Made by a program: the position numbers and the translations under genes
The notes under the pieces: generated by a model
What the model was told of the DNA's origin: nothing
Database searches by the model: none
The model's input: only the letters and a program-made list of their open reading frames with translations
From: an uncultured Chloroflexia bacterium
Lineage (GTDB): Bacteria; Chloroflexota; Dormibacteria; Aeolococcales; Aeolococcaceae
Assembly: GCA_963803165.1 (NCBI GenBank)
Contig: CAWDLK010000006.1
Span: 35 to 64,034 of the forward strand
Length of the DNA: 64,000 bases
Reading direction: 5' to 3'
In this document: in pieces, positions 38,938 through 50,044 of the stretch
Position numbering within the stretch: position 1 is the first letter of the stretch
Layout: every line of letters starts with the position of its first letter

Positions 38938-40020
38938 ATGCGGGTCCTCGCCGTCGCCGCGAACAAGGGTGGCGTGGGCAAGTCGACGCTGGCCTTCCAG
39001 GTCGCGGCCGAGATCGCCCGGCGCGGGCTCCGGGTGCTGGCTGTCGACGCCGACAAGCAGGCCGACCTCACCCGCTATGCGCGCGGTCCGCGGCTCGCCG
39101 GCCTGGGCCTCGACGCGGTGCTCGCCCACCCGCCCGCGTCGCTCGACCCCCGCCCCTACATCGGTCCGGTGGCCGAGAACCTGGACCTGCTCGGCAGCTC
39201 GCCCCAGCTCGCCGACGTCAGCCGTGCCCTGGCGTCGCTCGAGGAGGGTCCCTTCCTCATCCAGCGCTCGCTGGAGGTGGTGGCCGGCGCCTACGACTGG
39301 GCGGTGATCGACACCGGCCACTCCGAGCCGCTCATCGCCGCGGCCGTGGTGGCCGCCGACCTCCTCCTCCTGCCCACCACGGCGAGCGCCCCCGACGCCC
39401 GCCACGCCGGGGACATGCTCCGCACCGCCATCCAGGTGCGCCAGGAGCTGGGACTGGAAAGCGACGGGATGGTCCGCCGCTCCCTGATCACCATCTGGCG
39501 GCGCCAGCACAACGGGGTCGCCGACGCGGAGGTCATCGCCTCCCTGCAGGCACAGTTCGCCGACCTGGTCTGCCCGGTGGTCATCCCCCACAGCTCGCGC
39601 ATCTCCGAGGCCAACGACGGGCGGCTCACCGTCCGCCAGCACGCCGAGATGTACGGCACCGGCCGCGATCGCCCGCTGCACGCGGCGGTGGAGGCGTACT
39701 CCGCGATCGCCGCCCACGTGCTTGCCCGCGCCGGGATCTCGGCCCGGCAGGCCTCCTCGGCCGCCCTGCTCGCCGAGCTCGACTTCGACGCTCCCGACCT
39801 CGGCCAGGTGGCCTCGGCCCTCCGCCGCGTCAAGGCACGGCGGGGCCTGGACGACGACCAGCTCGCCGACGTGCTGGGCCGCTCGGTGGATTGGGTCCGG
39901 CACACGCTGGCCTTCGGCGCCCGGTACCCCGAGGGGGAGGATCGCCTCACCATCCGGCCCGAGTCGCGCCGGGTGACCCGGGAGGTGGTCGGGTCGCCTC
40001 AACCCCGGTGGCGTCCCTGA
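38938..40020 (+). CDS. ParA/MinD-family ATPase with a C-terminal HTH-like extension
   Basis: Deviant Walker A KGGVGKST in MRVLAVAANKGGVGKSTLAFQVA. There is 130 aa beyond the ATPase fold, ending in ...GLDDDQLADVLGRSVDWVRHTLAFG (helix-turn-helix-like). Confidence 0.75.
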   Translation: MRVLAVAANKGGVGKSTLAFQVAAEIARRGLRVLAVDADKQADLTRYARGPRLAGLGLDAVLAHPPASLDPRPYIGPVAENLDLLGSSPQLADVSRALASLEEGPFLIQRSLEVVAGAYDWAVIDTGHSEPLIAAAVVAADLLLLPTTASAPDARHAGDMLRTAIQVRQELGLESDGMVRRSLITIWRRQHNGVADAEVIASLQAQFADLVCPVVIPHSSRISEANDGRLTVRQHAEMYGTGRDRPLHAAVEAYSAIAAHVLARAGISARQASSAALLAELDFDAPDLGQVASALRRVKARRGLDDDQLADVLGRSVDWVRHTLAFGARYPEGEDRLTIRPESRRVTREVVGSPQPRWRP

Positions 40021-41198
40021 TTCCAGCCGAGGCCCCGAGCTTCGTCCGCGACCGGCTGACCTGGCTCGCCTACATCAGCCTCTCCGTCTACGCCTTCTAC
40101 GTCTACGCGCTCGGCCCGGTGCTCGCCTTCATCCACCAGGAGCTGCACCTCTCCTACACCCTGACCAGCCTCCACTCCACGCTCTGGTCCGCGGGCGCGG
40201 TGTTCACCGGGCTGACCTACGACCTGCTCACCCGCCGCTTCGGCCGCCATCGCGTCTTCTGGATCTCCGCCGCCGTCACCTCCGCCGGCGCCCTGCTCTT
40301 CGTCGCCGGCCACGTGGTCGAGGTGACCCTGCTGGCGGCGGTGGTGCTCGGAGTGGGTGCCACGTACTTCGGCGCGGGCTGTTCGGTCGCGCTCTCCGAC
40401 CGCTTCGGCCCGCTGCGGGATCGTGCCCTGGTCGAGGCCAACGTCGGCGCCAGCGCGACGGGTGTGGCGGTGCCGGCGCTGCTCGGCGTGCTGGCCGGGA
40501 CCGCCGCCGGCTGGCGCTCCGCCCTGGTGATCCCGGTGCTCACCCTGGGGGCGCTCTACGTCGTGCTGGGACGCACCCGCTTCCCGGTGGCGCCCGCCGC
40601 TCCCTCCGCGGAGCGCCACCTCCCCCGCAGCTTCTGGGGCCCCTGCGTGCTGGTGGCGCTCGCGGTTGCCATCGAGTTCGGCGTCATCTTCTATGCCGTC
40701 CCCCTCCTCGGCATCAGCGTCGGGCTCTCCACCGCCAGCTCCGCCACCGTGCTCAGCGTCTTCGTGGCCGGCGAGCTGGTCGGGCGGCTGGTGGGGGCGC
40801 GCCTGACCCGGCGGCCGGGGCGGGCCGAGGCTCTGCTCGGGGTGGCCCTGGGCGTCGCCATGGCCGGGTTCCTCGCCCTCTGGCTGGGCCGGTCGATCGC
40901 CCTCGCCGCGGTCGCCATCTTCATCACCGGGGCGGGGATCGGCAACCTCTATCCGTTGAGCCTCGCCATGGCCCTGGGCGCCGGCGCGGGGAGGACCGAC
41001 CGGGCCATGGCCAGGACCCAGGTGGCGGTCGGGCTGGCGATCGGCTCCGCCCCGCTTCTGCTCGGCGTTCTCTCCGACCGCGTGGGGGTGCTCCGCGCCC
41101 TCTCGGTCGAGCCGGCCCTCATTGTGGCGGCGGCGGTGCTGCTGCTGGTGGTGGCGCGCGGCGGGCGCGCGGAGCGGCTGGTGGCGGCCGCCGCCTGA
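40008..41198 (+). CDS. MFS transporter
   Basis: 12 predicted TM helices and a D-R-x-G-R-like motif DLLTRRFGRHR. The GTG start overlaps the parA stop. Confidence 0.65.
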   Translation: MASLIPAEAPSFVRDRLTWLAYISLSVYAFYVYALGPVLAFIHQELHLSYTLTSLHSTLWSAGAVFTGLTYDLLTRRFGRHRVFWISAAVTSAGALLFVAGHVVEVTLLAAVVLGVGATYFGAGCSVALSDRFGPLRDRALVEANVGASATGVAVPALLGVLAGTAAGWRSALVIPVLTLGALYVVLGRTRFPVAPAAPSAERHLPRSFWGPCVLVALAVAIEFGVIFYAVPLLGISVGLSTASSATVLSVFVAGELVGRLVGARLTRRPGRAEALLGVALGVAMAGFLALWLGRSIALAAVAIFITGAGIGNLYPLSLAMALGAGAGRTDRAMARTQVAVGLAIGSAPLLLGVLSDRVGVLRALSVEPALIVAAAVLLLVVARGGRAERLVAAAA

Positions 41199-41201
41199 GG
41201 A

Positions 41202-41222
41202 GGGGCGATCGGGGCTCGCCCC
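41202..41222 (+). terminator. hairpin GGGGCGA-tcggggc-TCGCCCC 4 nt after the MFS stop
   Basis: 7-bp perfect GC stem, no U-tract. Confidence 0.35.
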
Positions 41223-41282
41223 GCGGAGCGCGCCCGAGAGGAGCTCCCGGCGCCGCCCGGCACCCCTGTCTATACTCGCTCG

Positions 41283-41704
41283 ATGGCGACGCTCGAGAGC
41301 ATCGACCACGTCGGCATCGCGGTCGCCGACCTCGATGCGGCGGTCGGGCTCTACACGCTGCTCTGCGGCGGGGGCCCGGTCCATCGCTCCCGGGTGGCGG
41401 ACGACGGCGTCGAGGTGGCGCTCTTCGAGGCGGGAGCGCAGCGGATCGAGCTGCTCGGCGCCACCCGCCCCGACTCCGCGATCAGCGCCTTCCTGGCCCG
41501 CCGCGGCGGCGGCCTCCACCACGTCGCCTACGCCGTCCCCGATGTTCAGGCCGCTCTTGACCACTACTCGTCGCTGGGGCTGCGGCTCATCGATCGCGCG
41601 CCCCGCCCGGGAGCCGCCGGGCGGCTGGTGGCCTTTCTCCATCCCGAGGCCGCCGGCGGCGTGCTCGTCGAGCTCTGTCAGCCGGCACCGGAGCCGGGCG
41701 CCCG

Positions 41705-41708
<4 letters not shown>
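41283..41708 (+). CDS. mce: methylmalonyl-CoA epimerase (VOC/glyoxalase fold)
   Basis: IDHVGIAV, HHVAY and ELCQP metal ligands. TATACT lies 6 nt upstream of the ATG. The stop overlaps the mutase GTG (GTGA). Confidence 0.8.
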
Positions 41709-43289
<1,581 letters not shown>

Positions 43290-43298
43290 GCTGTCGCC

Positions 43299-44843
43299 AT
43301 GGCCGATCAGCGGATCAACCTGCTCCGCAAGCGCCGCCACGACGCCATCCACCGGGGCGGTGCGGCCGAGCGCGCCCAGCACCCCAGGGGCAAGCTCACC
43401 GCCCGGGAGCGGATCGACCGGCTCCTCGACCCCGGCTCCTTCACCGAGCTCGACATGTTCGCCCTGCACCGCACCGTGAGCTTCGGGATGGAGGAGCGGA
43501 GGATCCGCGGCGACGGCGTGGTGACCGGCTGGGGGACCATCGACTCCCGCCGTGTCGCCGTCTTCAGCCACGACGCCTCGGTCTTCGGCGGCTCCCTCGG
43601 CGAGGTCTTCGCCGAGAAGGTGGCCAAGGTCATGGACCTGGCGGTGCGCAGCGGCTGCCCGGTGATCGGCATCAACGACTTGGGGGGCGCTCGCATCCAG
43701 GAGGGCGTGGTCTCGCTGGCCGGCTACGCGGAGATCTTCTACCGCAATGTCGAGGCGAGCGGCGTGGTCCCCCAGATCTCCCTCATCGTCGGCCCCTGCA
43801 CCGGCGGTGCCGTCTACTCGCCCGCCCTCACCGACTTCATCGTCATGGTGCGCGGCGTGGGCCGGATGTTCATCACCGGGCCGGACGTCATCCGGGTGAC
43901 CACCGGCGAGCAGGTCACCGCTGAGGACCTGGGCGGCGCCGACGTCCACAGCACCCGCAGCGGGGTCGCCCATTTCGACGCCGCCAGCGAGGAGGAGGCC
44001 TTCGACCAGATCCGCCGCCTGCTCGCCCACCTCCCCTCCTGCAACCGCGAGCCGGCGCCGCTCCGCCCCACCACCGACCGCCGCGACCGCGCGGACGAGG
44101 CGCTGCAGGGCATCGTCCCGGACGACGCCGGCCAGCCCTACGAGATGCGGGAGGTGATCACCCGGGTCCTCGACGACGGCGACTTCTGCGAGGTGATGGC
44201 CCTCCACGCGCAGAACATCGTCTGCGGCCTGGGCCACTTGGACGGGCACTCGGTGGGGGTGGTCGGCAACCAGCCCCGCGTGCTCGCCGGCGCCCTCGAC
44301 ATCGACGCCTCCACCAAGGCGGCCCGCTTCATCCGTTGCTGCGACGCCTTCGGCATCCCGCTGGTCACCTTCGTCGACGTCCCCGGCTTCCTCCCCGGCA
44401 CCGACCAGGAATACCGCGGCATCATCCGCCACGGCGCCAAGCTGCTCTATGCCTACTGCGAGGCGACGGTGCCCAAGCTGACCGTGATCACCCGCAAGGC
44501 CTATGGCGGCGCCTACGACGTGATGTGCTCCAAGCACATCCGCGCCGACTACAACGTCGCCTGGCCGTCGGCGGAGATCGCGGTGATGGGCCCGCAGGGG
44601 GCGGTGAGCGTGATCTTCCGGCGCGAGATCGCGCGTGCCTCCGACCCCGAGCGCCGGGCGGCCGAGCTGGTCGAGCAGTACCGGGAGCACTTCGCCAACC
44701 CGTACCACGCCGCCGAGCGCGGCTACGTGGACGACGTCATCGAGCCGAAGCAGACCCGGAGCGTGCTGATCGCGGCCCTGGAGATGGCGCGGACCAAGCG
44801 GGTCGCCCGGCCCGAGCGCAAGCACGGCAACATCCCGCTCTGA
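43299..44843 (+). CDS. pccB: propionyl-CoA carboxylase beta subunit / methylmalonyl-CoA carboxyltransferase
   Basis: Full-length carboxyltransferase: two crotonase-like halves, GGARIQEG, and GVVPQISLIVGPCTGGAVYSPALTDF. Confidence 0.85.
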   Translation: MADQRINLLRKRRHDAIHRGGAAERAQHPRGKLTARERIDRLLDPGSFTELDMFALHRTVSFGMEERRIRGDGVVTGWGTIDSRRVAVFSHDASVFGGSLGEVFAEKVAKVMDLAVRSGCPVIGINDLGGARIQEGVVSLAGYAEIFYRNVEASGVVPQISLIVGPCTGGAVYSPALTDFIVMVRGVGRMFITGPDVIRVTTGEQVTAEDLGGADVHSTRSGVAHFDAASEEEAFDQIRRLLAHLPSCNREPAPLRPTTDRRDRADEALQGIVPDDAGQPYEMREVITRVLDDGDFCEVMALHAQNIVCGLGHLDGHSVGVVGNQPRVLAGALDIDASTKAARFIRCCDAFGIPLVTFVDVPGFLPGTDQEYRGIIRHGAKLLYAYCEATVPKLTVITRKAYGGAYDVMCSKHIRADYNVAWPSAEIAVMGPQGAVSVIFRREIARASDPERRAAELVEQYREHFANPYHAAERGYVDDVIEPKQTRSVLIAALEMARTKRVARPERKHGNIPL

Positions 44844-44861
44844 GGCCCGCGCCGACTCCCT

Positions 44862-46064
44862 TCAGTCGGACCCCGCCGCCGCCAGCTGGGGCTCGCCGGG
44901 CTCGGCGGCCGGCGCGTGCCCGAAGGCGGCGAGGTAGGCGGGGTCGGGCCGTCCCTGGAGGTGGTGGACGTAGGGGACGAGCACTCGCGAGACCATGACC
45001 TGGATGGCGGCGGCGACCGGGACGGCGAGCAGCGACCCGATCAGGCCGGCCAGGGCGTAGCCGACCACCAGGGCCACCACCACGGCGAGGGCGGGCAGGG
45101 CGAGCACCCGGTTCATCACCAGGGGCACCACGGTGTTGGCGTCGAGCAGCTGGACCAGCCCCAGCACGAGCAGCACCAGCAGCGGGTACTCAGGCGAGAC
45201 CGTGAAGCCGAGCAGCGCCAGCGGGACGATGCCCAGGAAGGCGCCGACCATGGGGATGGCGGCGGTGATGCCGGCGAAGAGCCCGAGCAGTATCGGATCC
45301 GGCAGCTGGAGCAGGGCGCAGGCGATCCCGGTGACGATGCCGACCACCACCATGTTGATCGCCACCGCGCGCAGGTAGCCGCCCATTCGGAAGCCGGTGT
45401 CCGCGATCACCTCGGTGACCAGCCCCTGGGCCCGGGGCGGGAAGAGGTCGACGATGAATGATTTCAGCCTGCCGCTGGTGGTGAGCCAGAGGAAGCTCAT
45501 CACCAGCACCAGGATCAGGTCGGCGAACACGGTGGCGATGGTTCCGCCGATGGTGACCAGGTACTTGCCGGCCTGGCCCAGGAACGCCTCGATCTGGCTG
45601 GTCAGCTGGGCGTTGCTGATGCCGAGATGCTTCTCGATGGAGGTGACGAACTTCACCACCGACCTCTCGTAGGCGGGGAAGTGGGTGGCCAGGCTCCCCG
45701 CCTCGCTCACCACCGGCTGGACCAGGAGCGCCACGATCCCGGCCAGCACCGCGAGCAGCGCCAGGAAGACCACCGCGATGGCGGCGGCGCGGGGGAGGCG
45801 CAGCTCCTGCACCCGGTGGACGAGCGGGCGGATCCCCTCGGCGATGATCACGGCGATCAGGAAGAGGAGCACCAGGCCGGCGACCTGGATGAGGACGTAG
45901 ACGAGGCCGAGCACCGCCAGCACGATCAGCGCCGCCGCCACCAGGGTGCGCACCCTGATCACCGGGTGCGGCTCGCGGTGGTGCGGGTGTGGCGGGCCGC
46001 TCACCGGCTGCGGCTCCGCGGCAGCTCCGCCTCCGGGCGACGCCGGCTCCGTCGTCTGCGACAC
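44862..46064 (-). CDS. AI-2E family transporter (UPF0118/PerM)
   Basis: 8 TM helices with the conserved ...GLFAGITAAIPMVGAFLG... block. Confidence 0.8.
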   Translation of the reverse strand: MSQTTEPASPGGGAAAEPQPVSGPPHPHHREPHPVIRVRTLVAAALIVLAVLGLVYVLIQVAGLVLLFLIAVIIAEGIRPLVHRVQELRLPRAAAIAVVFLALLAVLAGIVALLVQPVVSEAGSLATHFPAYERSVVKFVTSIEKHLGISNAQLTSQIEAFLGQAGKYLVTIGGTIATVFADLILVLVMSFLWLTTSGRLKSFIVDLFPPRAQGLVTEVIADTGFRMGGYLRAVAINMVVVGIVTGIACALLQLPDPILLGLFAGITAAIPMVGAFLGIVPLALLGFTVSPEYPLLVLLVLGLVQLLDANTVVPLVMNRVLALPALAVVVALVVGYALAGLIGSLLAVPVAAAIQVMVSRVLVPYVHHLQGRPDPAYLAAFGHAPAAEPGEPQLAAAGSD

Positions 46065-46099
46065 GCCGCCAACCGTAGCAGGGAGGAGAGGCGGACGCC

Positions 46100-46768
46100 T
46101 CAGAGGCCGGTGAGCCGCACGCCCACCGTCCGCCGTGCCCGCTGATTGACGCTGAGCAGCAGGACGGTGAGCTGCTCGAGGTGGCGGGCGTTGCCGAGCC
46201 GGCCCGAGTCGACCACCCTGACCCCGGCGAGCAGGCCGGCGACGGCGCGGAAGTGCGCCTTGGCGTCCTCGTCGTCGCCACAGAGCAGCACGTCCTCGTC
46301 CAGCTCCCGGTCGAGGTGGGCGAGGTGGGCGCTGCTCACGGTGTGGAGCGCGGCGACGACCCGGCCGCTGCCGAGCAGGGCGGCCACCTGCTCGGCCGCC
46401 GAGCCCTCGGGGACCGGCACCGCCACCGGCCCGAGCACCGGGTCGAAGCGCACCGGCACGGTGGTGCTGACCACCACCTTGCCCGCCAGCGGCCCGGCCA
46501 GGTCGGGGAGGAGTGCCGCCTGCGCCTCGTAGGGGACGGTGAGGATGGCGAGGTCGCCGGCGGACGCGGCCTCGAGATTGGAGGTCCCGCGGACCGCCGC
46601 CCCGCCCCCCGCGGCGCCGACCTGGCCGGCGATCGCCGCGGCGCGCTCGGCCGCGCGCTCCCCGTCGCGGGAGCCGATCACGATGGGCAGGCCCGCCCGG
46701 GCCAGCCGGAAAGCGAGGCCGGGGCCGAGGCGCCCGGTGCCGCCGAGCAGGGCGATCGTCTCCGGCAT
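46100..46768 (-). CDS. F420-dependent NADP(H) oxidoreductase (Npd/FNO family)
   Basis: Internal start of composite ORF 46100..47878. Rossmann IALLGGTGRLGPGLAFRLARAG, then VLLCGDDEDAKA. Confidence 0.7.
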   Translation of the reverse strand: MPETIALLGGTGRLGPGLAFRLARAGLPIVIGSRDGERAAERAAAIAGQVGAAGGGAAVRGTSNLEAASAGDLAILTVPYEAQAALLPDLAGPLAGKVVVSTTVPVRFDPVLGPVAVPVPEGSAAEQVAALLGSGRVVAALHTVSSAHLAHLDRELDEDVLLCGDDEDAKAHFRAVAGLLAGVRVVDSGRLGNARHLEQLTVLLLSVNQRARRTVGVRLTGL

Positions 46769-46888
46769 CCGCCCAGTGTAGGGAGGCGCCGGCCTCCGAG
46801 CGGGGAGGCTGACGCCGAGGCGCCCGCCCGCTCGGTCAGAATGGGACCTCCGTTCGGACCGCTGGTCCGGGTCGTGGGAGTGACGCAG

Positions 46889-47839
46889 ATGGAGTTCCGT
46901 CGTGTCGGCGAGTCCGGCCTCGAGGTTTCCGTCCTCGGGGTGGGCTGCAACCAGTTCGGCCGGCGGGTCGATGCCGCCGGGGTCGCGCGCATCGTGCACA
47001 CGGCCCTCGACGCCGGCGTCACCCTCTTCGACACCGCCGACATCTACGCGGGCGGCGAGTTGGAGCGCCTCCTGGGGGCGGCACTGAGGGGCAATCGCGG
47101 TGCGGCCATCGTGGCCACCAAGGTCGGCGGCCCGATGGGCGAGGGGCCGTACACCTCGGGAGCCTCGCGACGCTACATCCGCAGCGCCGTCGAGAACAGC
47201 CTGCGCCGGCTCGGCACCGAGTGGATCGACCTCTACCAGATCCACTTCCCGGACGCCGACACCCCGATCGAGGAGACCCTCTCGGTCCTCGACGACCTGG
47301 TGCGCGAGGGCAAGGTCCGCTACATCGGCTGCTCGAACTTCACCGGCTGGCAGATCGCCGACGCCGACTGGACCTCGTACATCCACCATCTCAGCCGCTT
47401 CGTCAGCGCCCAGAACGAGTACAGCCTCCTCAACCGCGGCGCGGAGGCGGAGGTGGCCCCCGCCTGCGAGCACTTCGGCCTGGGCCTGATCCCCTACTTC
47501 CCGCTGATGCGGGGCATGCTCACCGGACGCTACCGGCGGGGCGAGGAGGCCCCCGAGGGGGGCCGGCTCTCCGGGCCCGCCGGCGAGGAGTTCCTCACCG
47601 ACGCCAACTTCGACATCGTCGAGGGCCTCTCCGCGTATGCGCGCCGGCACGACACCGACCTGCTCGGCGTGGCCATCGGGGGCCTGGCGGCGCAGCCGGC
47701 CGTGGTCTCGGTGATCGCCGGGGCCAGCCAGCCCGAGCAGGTGCTGGCCAACGTCGAGGCCGCGGAGTGGGTGCCCAGCCCGGAGGCTCTCGCCGAGCTG
47801 GACGGCATCGCCCCGCCGCGACGACCCGCGGGGGAGTAG
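46889..47839 (+). CDS. aldo/keto reductase
   Basis: ATG 46889 preceded by GGGAG with an 8-nt spacer. MEFRRVGESGLEVSVLGVGCNQFG, DTADIYAGG, IHFPDADTP. Confidence 0.8.
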   Translation: MEFRRVGESGLEVSVLGVGCNQFGRRVDAAGVARIVHTALDAGVTLFDTADIYAGGELERLLGAALRGNRGAAIVATKVGGPMGEGPYTSGASRRYIRSAVENSLRRLGTEWIDLYQIHFPDADTPIEETLSVLDDLVREGKVRYIGCSNFTGWQIADADWTSYIHHLSRFVSAQNEYSLLNRGAEAEVAPACEHFGLGLIPYFPLMRGMLTGRYRRGEEAPEGGRLSGPAGEEFLTDANFDIVEGLSAYARRHDTDLLGVAIGGLAAQPAVVSVIAGASQPEQVLANVEAAEWVPSPEALAELDGIAPPRRPAGE

Positions 47840-47940
47840 CGGACGGCGCGATCTCGGCCCGGCGCCGCGGCCGCCCACCCCGCCCGGGCGCGCACCCGAG
47901 CCATCGCCCGCCGGATCTCCCCCCGGTACACTCGCTCGAC

Positions 47941-49128
47941 GTGAAGCTGCTCGAGTACCAGGCCAAGCGCCAGTTCGCCCGCGTGGGCATCCAGGTGCCC
48001 GCCGGCCGCCTGGCCCGGACCCCCGAGGAGGCGGCCGCCGCCGCCCGGGAGCTGGGGCGGCTCGCGGTCAAGGCCCAGGTGCCGATCGGCGGGCGGGGCA
48101 AGGCCGGTGGGATCGCCGTCGTGGACACGCCGGACGAGGCGCGCCGCGAGGCGGCCCGCATCCTGGCCATGGAGATCCGCGGCTACCCGGTGCGCTCGGT
48201 GTGGTGCGAGGCCGGGCTGGAGATCGCCCACGAGCTCTACCTCGGCGTCACCCTGGACCGCGATCGCCGCCGTCTCGTGCTCATCCTCTCCGCCGCCGGT
48301 GGCATGGAGATCGAGGAGGTGGCGGCGACGTCTCCCGAGCGGATCGCCAAGCTCTGGCCCGACCCCTTCGCCGGGCCGCAGCCCTTCGAGGTCCGCGCCC
48401 TCGCCTTCTCGGCGCTCGCCCACGCGCCGGCCCTGGCGGCGGGCCGCGGTCGCCTCGCGGCCCAGCTGGTGCCCCTCGCCCAGACGCTCCACCGGCTGGC
48501 GGTCGACCTCGACGCCGTCACCTGCGAGATCAACCCGCTGGTGGTCACCGCCGACGGGGGGCTGGTGGCGGCCGACGGCAAGCTCGAGGTGGACGAGAAC
48601 GCCGAGTACCGCCACGCCGACCTCGCGGCCGAGCTGGCCCTGGACGTCGAGGGCGAGGACGGCAGGAGCGGCGAGGACCCGTACGAGGCGGAGGCGAAGC
48701 GCCGCGGGCTGACCTACGTCCACCTTCCCGGGGGGAGCATCGGCTGCATCGGCAACGGGGCCGGCCTGGTCATGAACACCCTCGACCTGGTCCAGGCGGT
48801 CGGCGGCCGGCCCAACAACTTCCTGGACGTCGGCGGCGGGGCCGGCGCCGAGAAGGTGCGCAACTCGCTGGCGATGGTGCTCAGCGACCCCGACGTGCGC
48901 GGCGTCTTCATCAACATCTTCGGGGGCATCACTCGCGGCGACGAGGTGGCCCGGGGCATCGTGCAGGCCCGGGACGAGCTGGGGATCACCGTGCCCCTGG
49001 TGGTGCGGATGACCGGCACCAACGAGGAGGAGGGCCGGCGGATCCTGGTCGAGGCCGGGATCACCCCGGGGACCAGCGCCCCCGAGGCCGCCCGCACCAT
49101 CGTCGAGCTGGTGGGGGGCGCCCGATGA
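47941..49128 (+). CDS. sucC: succinyl-CoA synthetase beta subunit
   Basis: GTG start. (V)[13 protein letters not shown]..., ATP-grasp, and the [13 protein letters not shown] CoA-ligase motif. TACACT -10-like box 8 nt upstream. Confidence 0.9.
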   Translation: MKLLEYQAKRQFARVGIQVPAGRLARTPEEAAAAARELGRLAVKAQVPIGGRGKAGGIAVVDTPDEARREAARILAMEIRGYPVRSVWCEAGLEIAHELYLGVTLDRDRRRLVLILSAAGGMEIEEVAATSPERIAKLWPDPFAGPQPFEVRALAFSALAHAPALAAGRGRLAAQLVPLAQTLHRLAVDLDAVTCEINPLVVTADGGLVAADGKLEVDENAEYRHADLAAELALDVEGEDGRSGEDPYEAEAKRRGLTYVHLPGGSIGCIGNGAGLVMNTLDLVQAVGGRPNNFLDVGGGAGAEKVRNSLAMVLSDPDVRGVFINIFGGITRGDEVARGIVQARDELGITVPLVVRMTGTNEEEGRRILVEAGITPGTSAPEAARTIVELVGGAR

Positions 49129-49165
49129 GCGGCGGCGCGCAGCCGCCGGCCGCGGCGGTCCTCTG

Positions 49166-50044
49166 ATGGCGATCCTCGTCGACGCCTCCACCCGGGTCGT
49201 GGTCCAGGGGATCACCGGCCGCGAGGGGACCTTCCACACCCAGCAGATGCAGGCATACGGCACGCGGGTGGTGGGCGGGGTGGTGCCCGGCCGGGGCGGG
49301 AGCGAGGCCCTCGGAGTCCCGGTGTTCGACACCGTGGCCGAGGCGGTGCGGGGCACCGGGGCGGACGCGGCCTTCACCATCGTGCCCCCGGCGTTCGCCG
49401 CCGACGCGGTCATGGAGGCGGCCGCGGCCGGGTTGCGGCTCGGCGTCTGCGTCACCGAGGGGATCCCCGTGCTCGACATGGTGAGGGCCACCGCCTTCGT
49501 CGAGCGCACCGCGATGCGCCTGATCGGGCCCAACTGCCCGGGGGTCATGACCCCGGGCCAGTGCAAGATCGGCTTCATCCCCAACCATGTGGCGCGGCCG
49601 GGCCGGGTCGGCGTGGTGGCGCGCAGCGGCACCCTCACCTACGAGGTGATCCAGGGCCTCTCCGACGCCGGGTACGGCGAGACGACGGCGGTGGGCATCG
49701 GGGGCGACCCGGTGCTCGGCTCGACCTTCGTGGACGTCCTCCCGCTCTTCGCGGACGACCCGGCCACGGAGGCGGTGGTCCTGGTCGGCGAGATCGGAGG
49801 CTCGGACGAGGAGAGGGCGGCGGAGTGGATCCGCTCCGCCGGCTTCGACAAGCCGGTGGTCGCCTTCATCAGCGGGCGCACCGCCCCGCCGGGCAAGCGG
49901 ATGGGCCATGCCGGGGCCATCATCAGCGGCACCACCGGGTCGGCCCAGGGCAAGATCGACGCCCTGGGAGCGGCGGGCGCCGCGGTGGCCGACACCATCG
50001 AGGACGTGATCCGCCTGGTCGGCGAGAGGCTGCCCCGCCGCTAG
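49166..50044 (+). CDS. sucD: succinyl-CoA synthetase alpha subunit
   Basis: [13 protein letters not shown] and phospho-His loop GHAGAIISG. Confidence 0.95.
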   Translation: MAILVDASTRVVVQGITGREGTFHTQQMQAYGTRVVGGVVPGRGGSEALGVPVFDTVAEAVRGTGADAAFTIVPPAFAADAVMEAAAAGLRLGVCVTEGIPVLDMVRATAFVERTAMRLIGPNCPGVMTPGQCKIGFIPNHVARPGRVGVVARSGTLTYEVIQGLSDAGYGETTAVGIGGDPVLGSTFVDVLPLFADDPATEAVVLVGEIGGSDEERAAEWIRSAGFDKPVVAFISGRTAPPGKRMGHAGAIISGTTGSAQGKIDALGAAGAAVADTIEDVIRLVGERLPRR

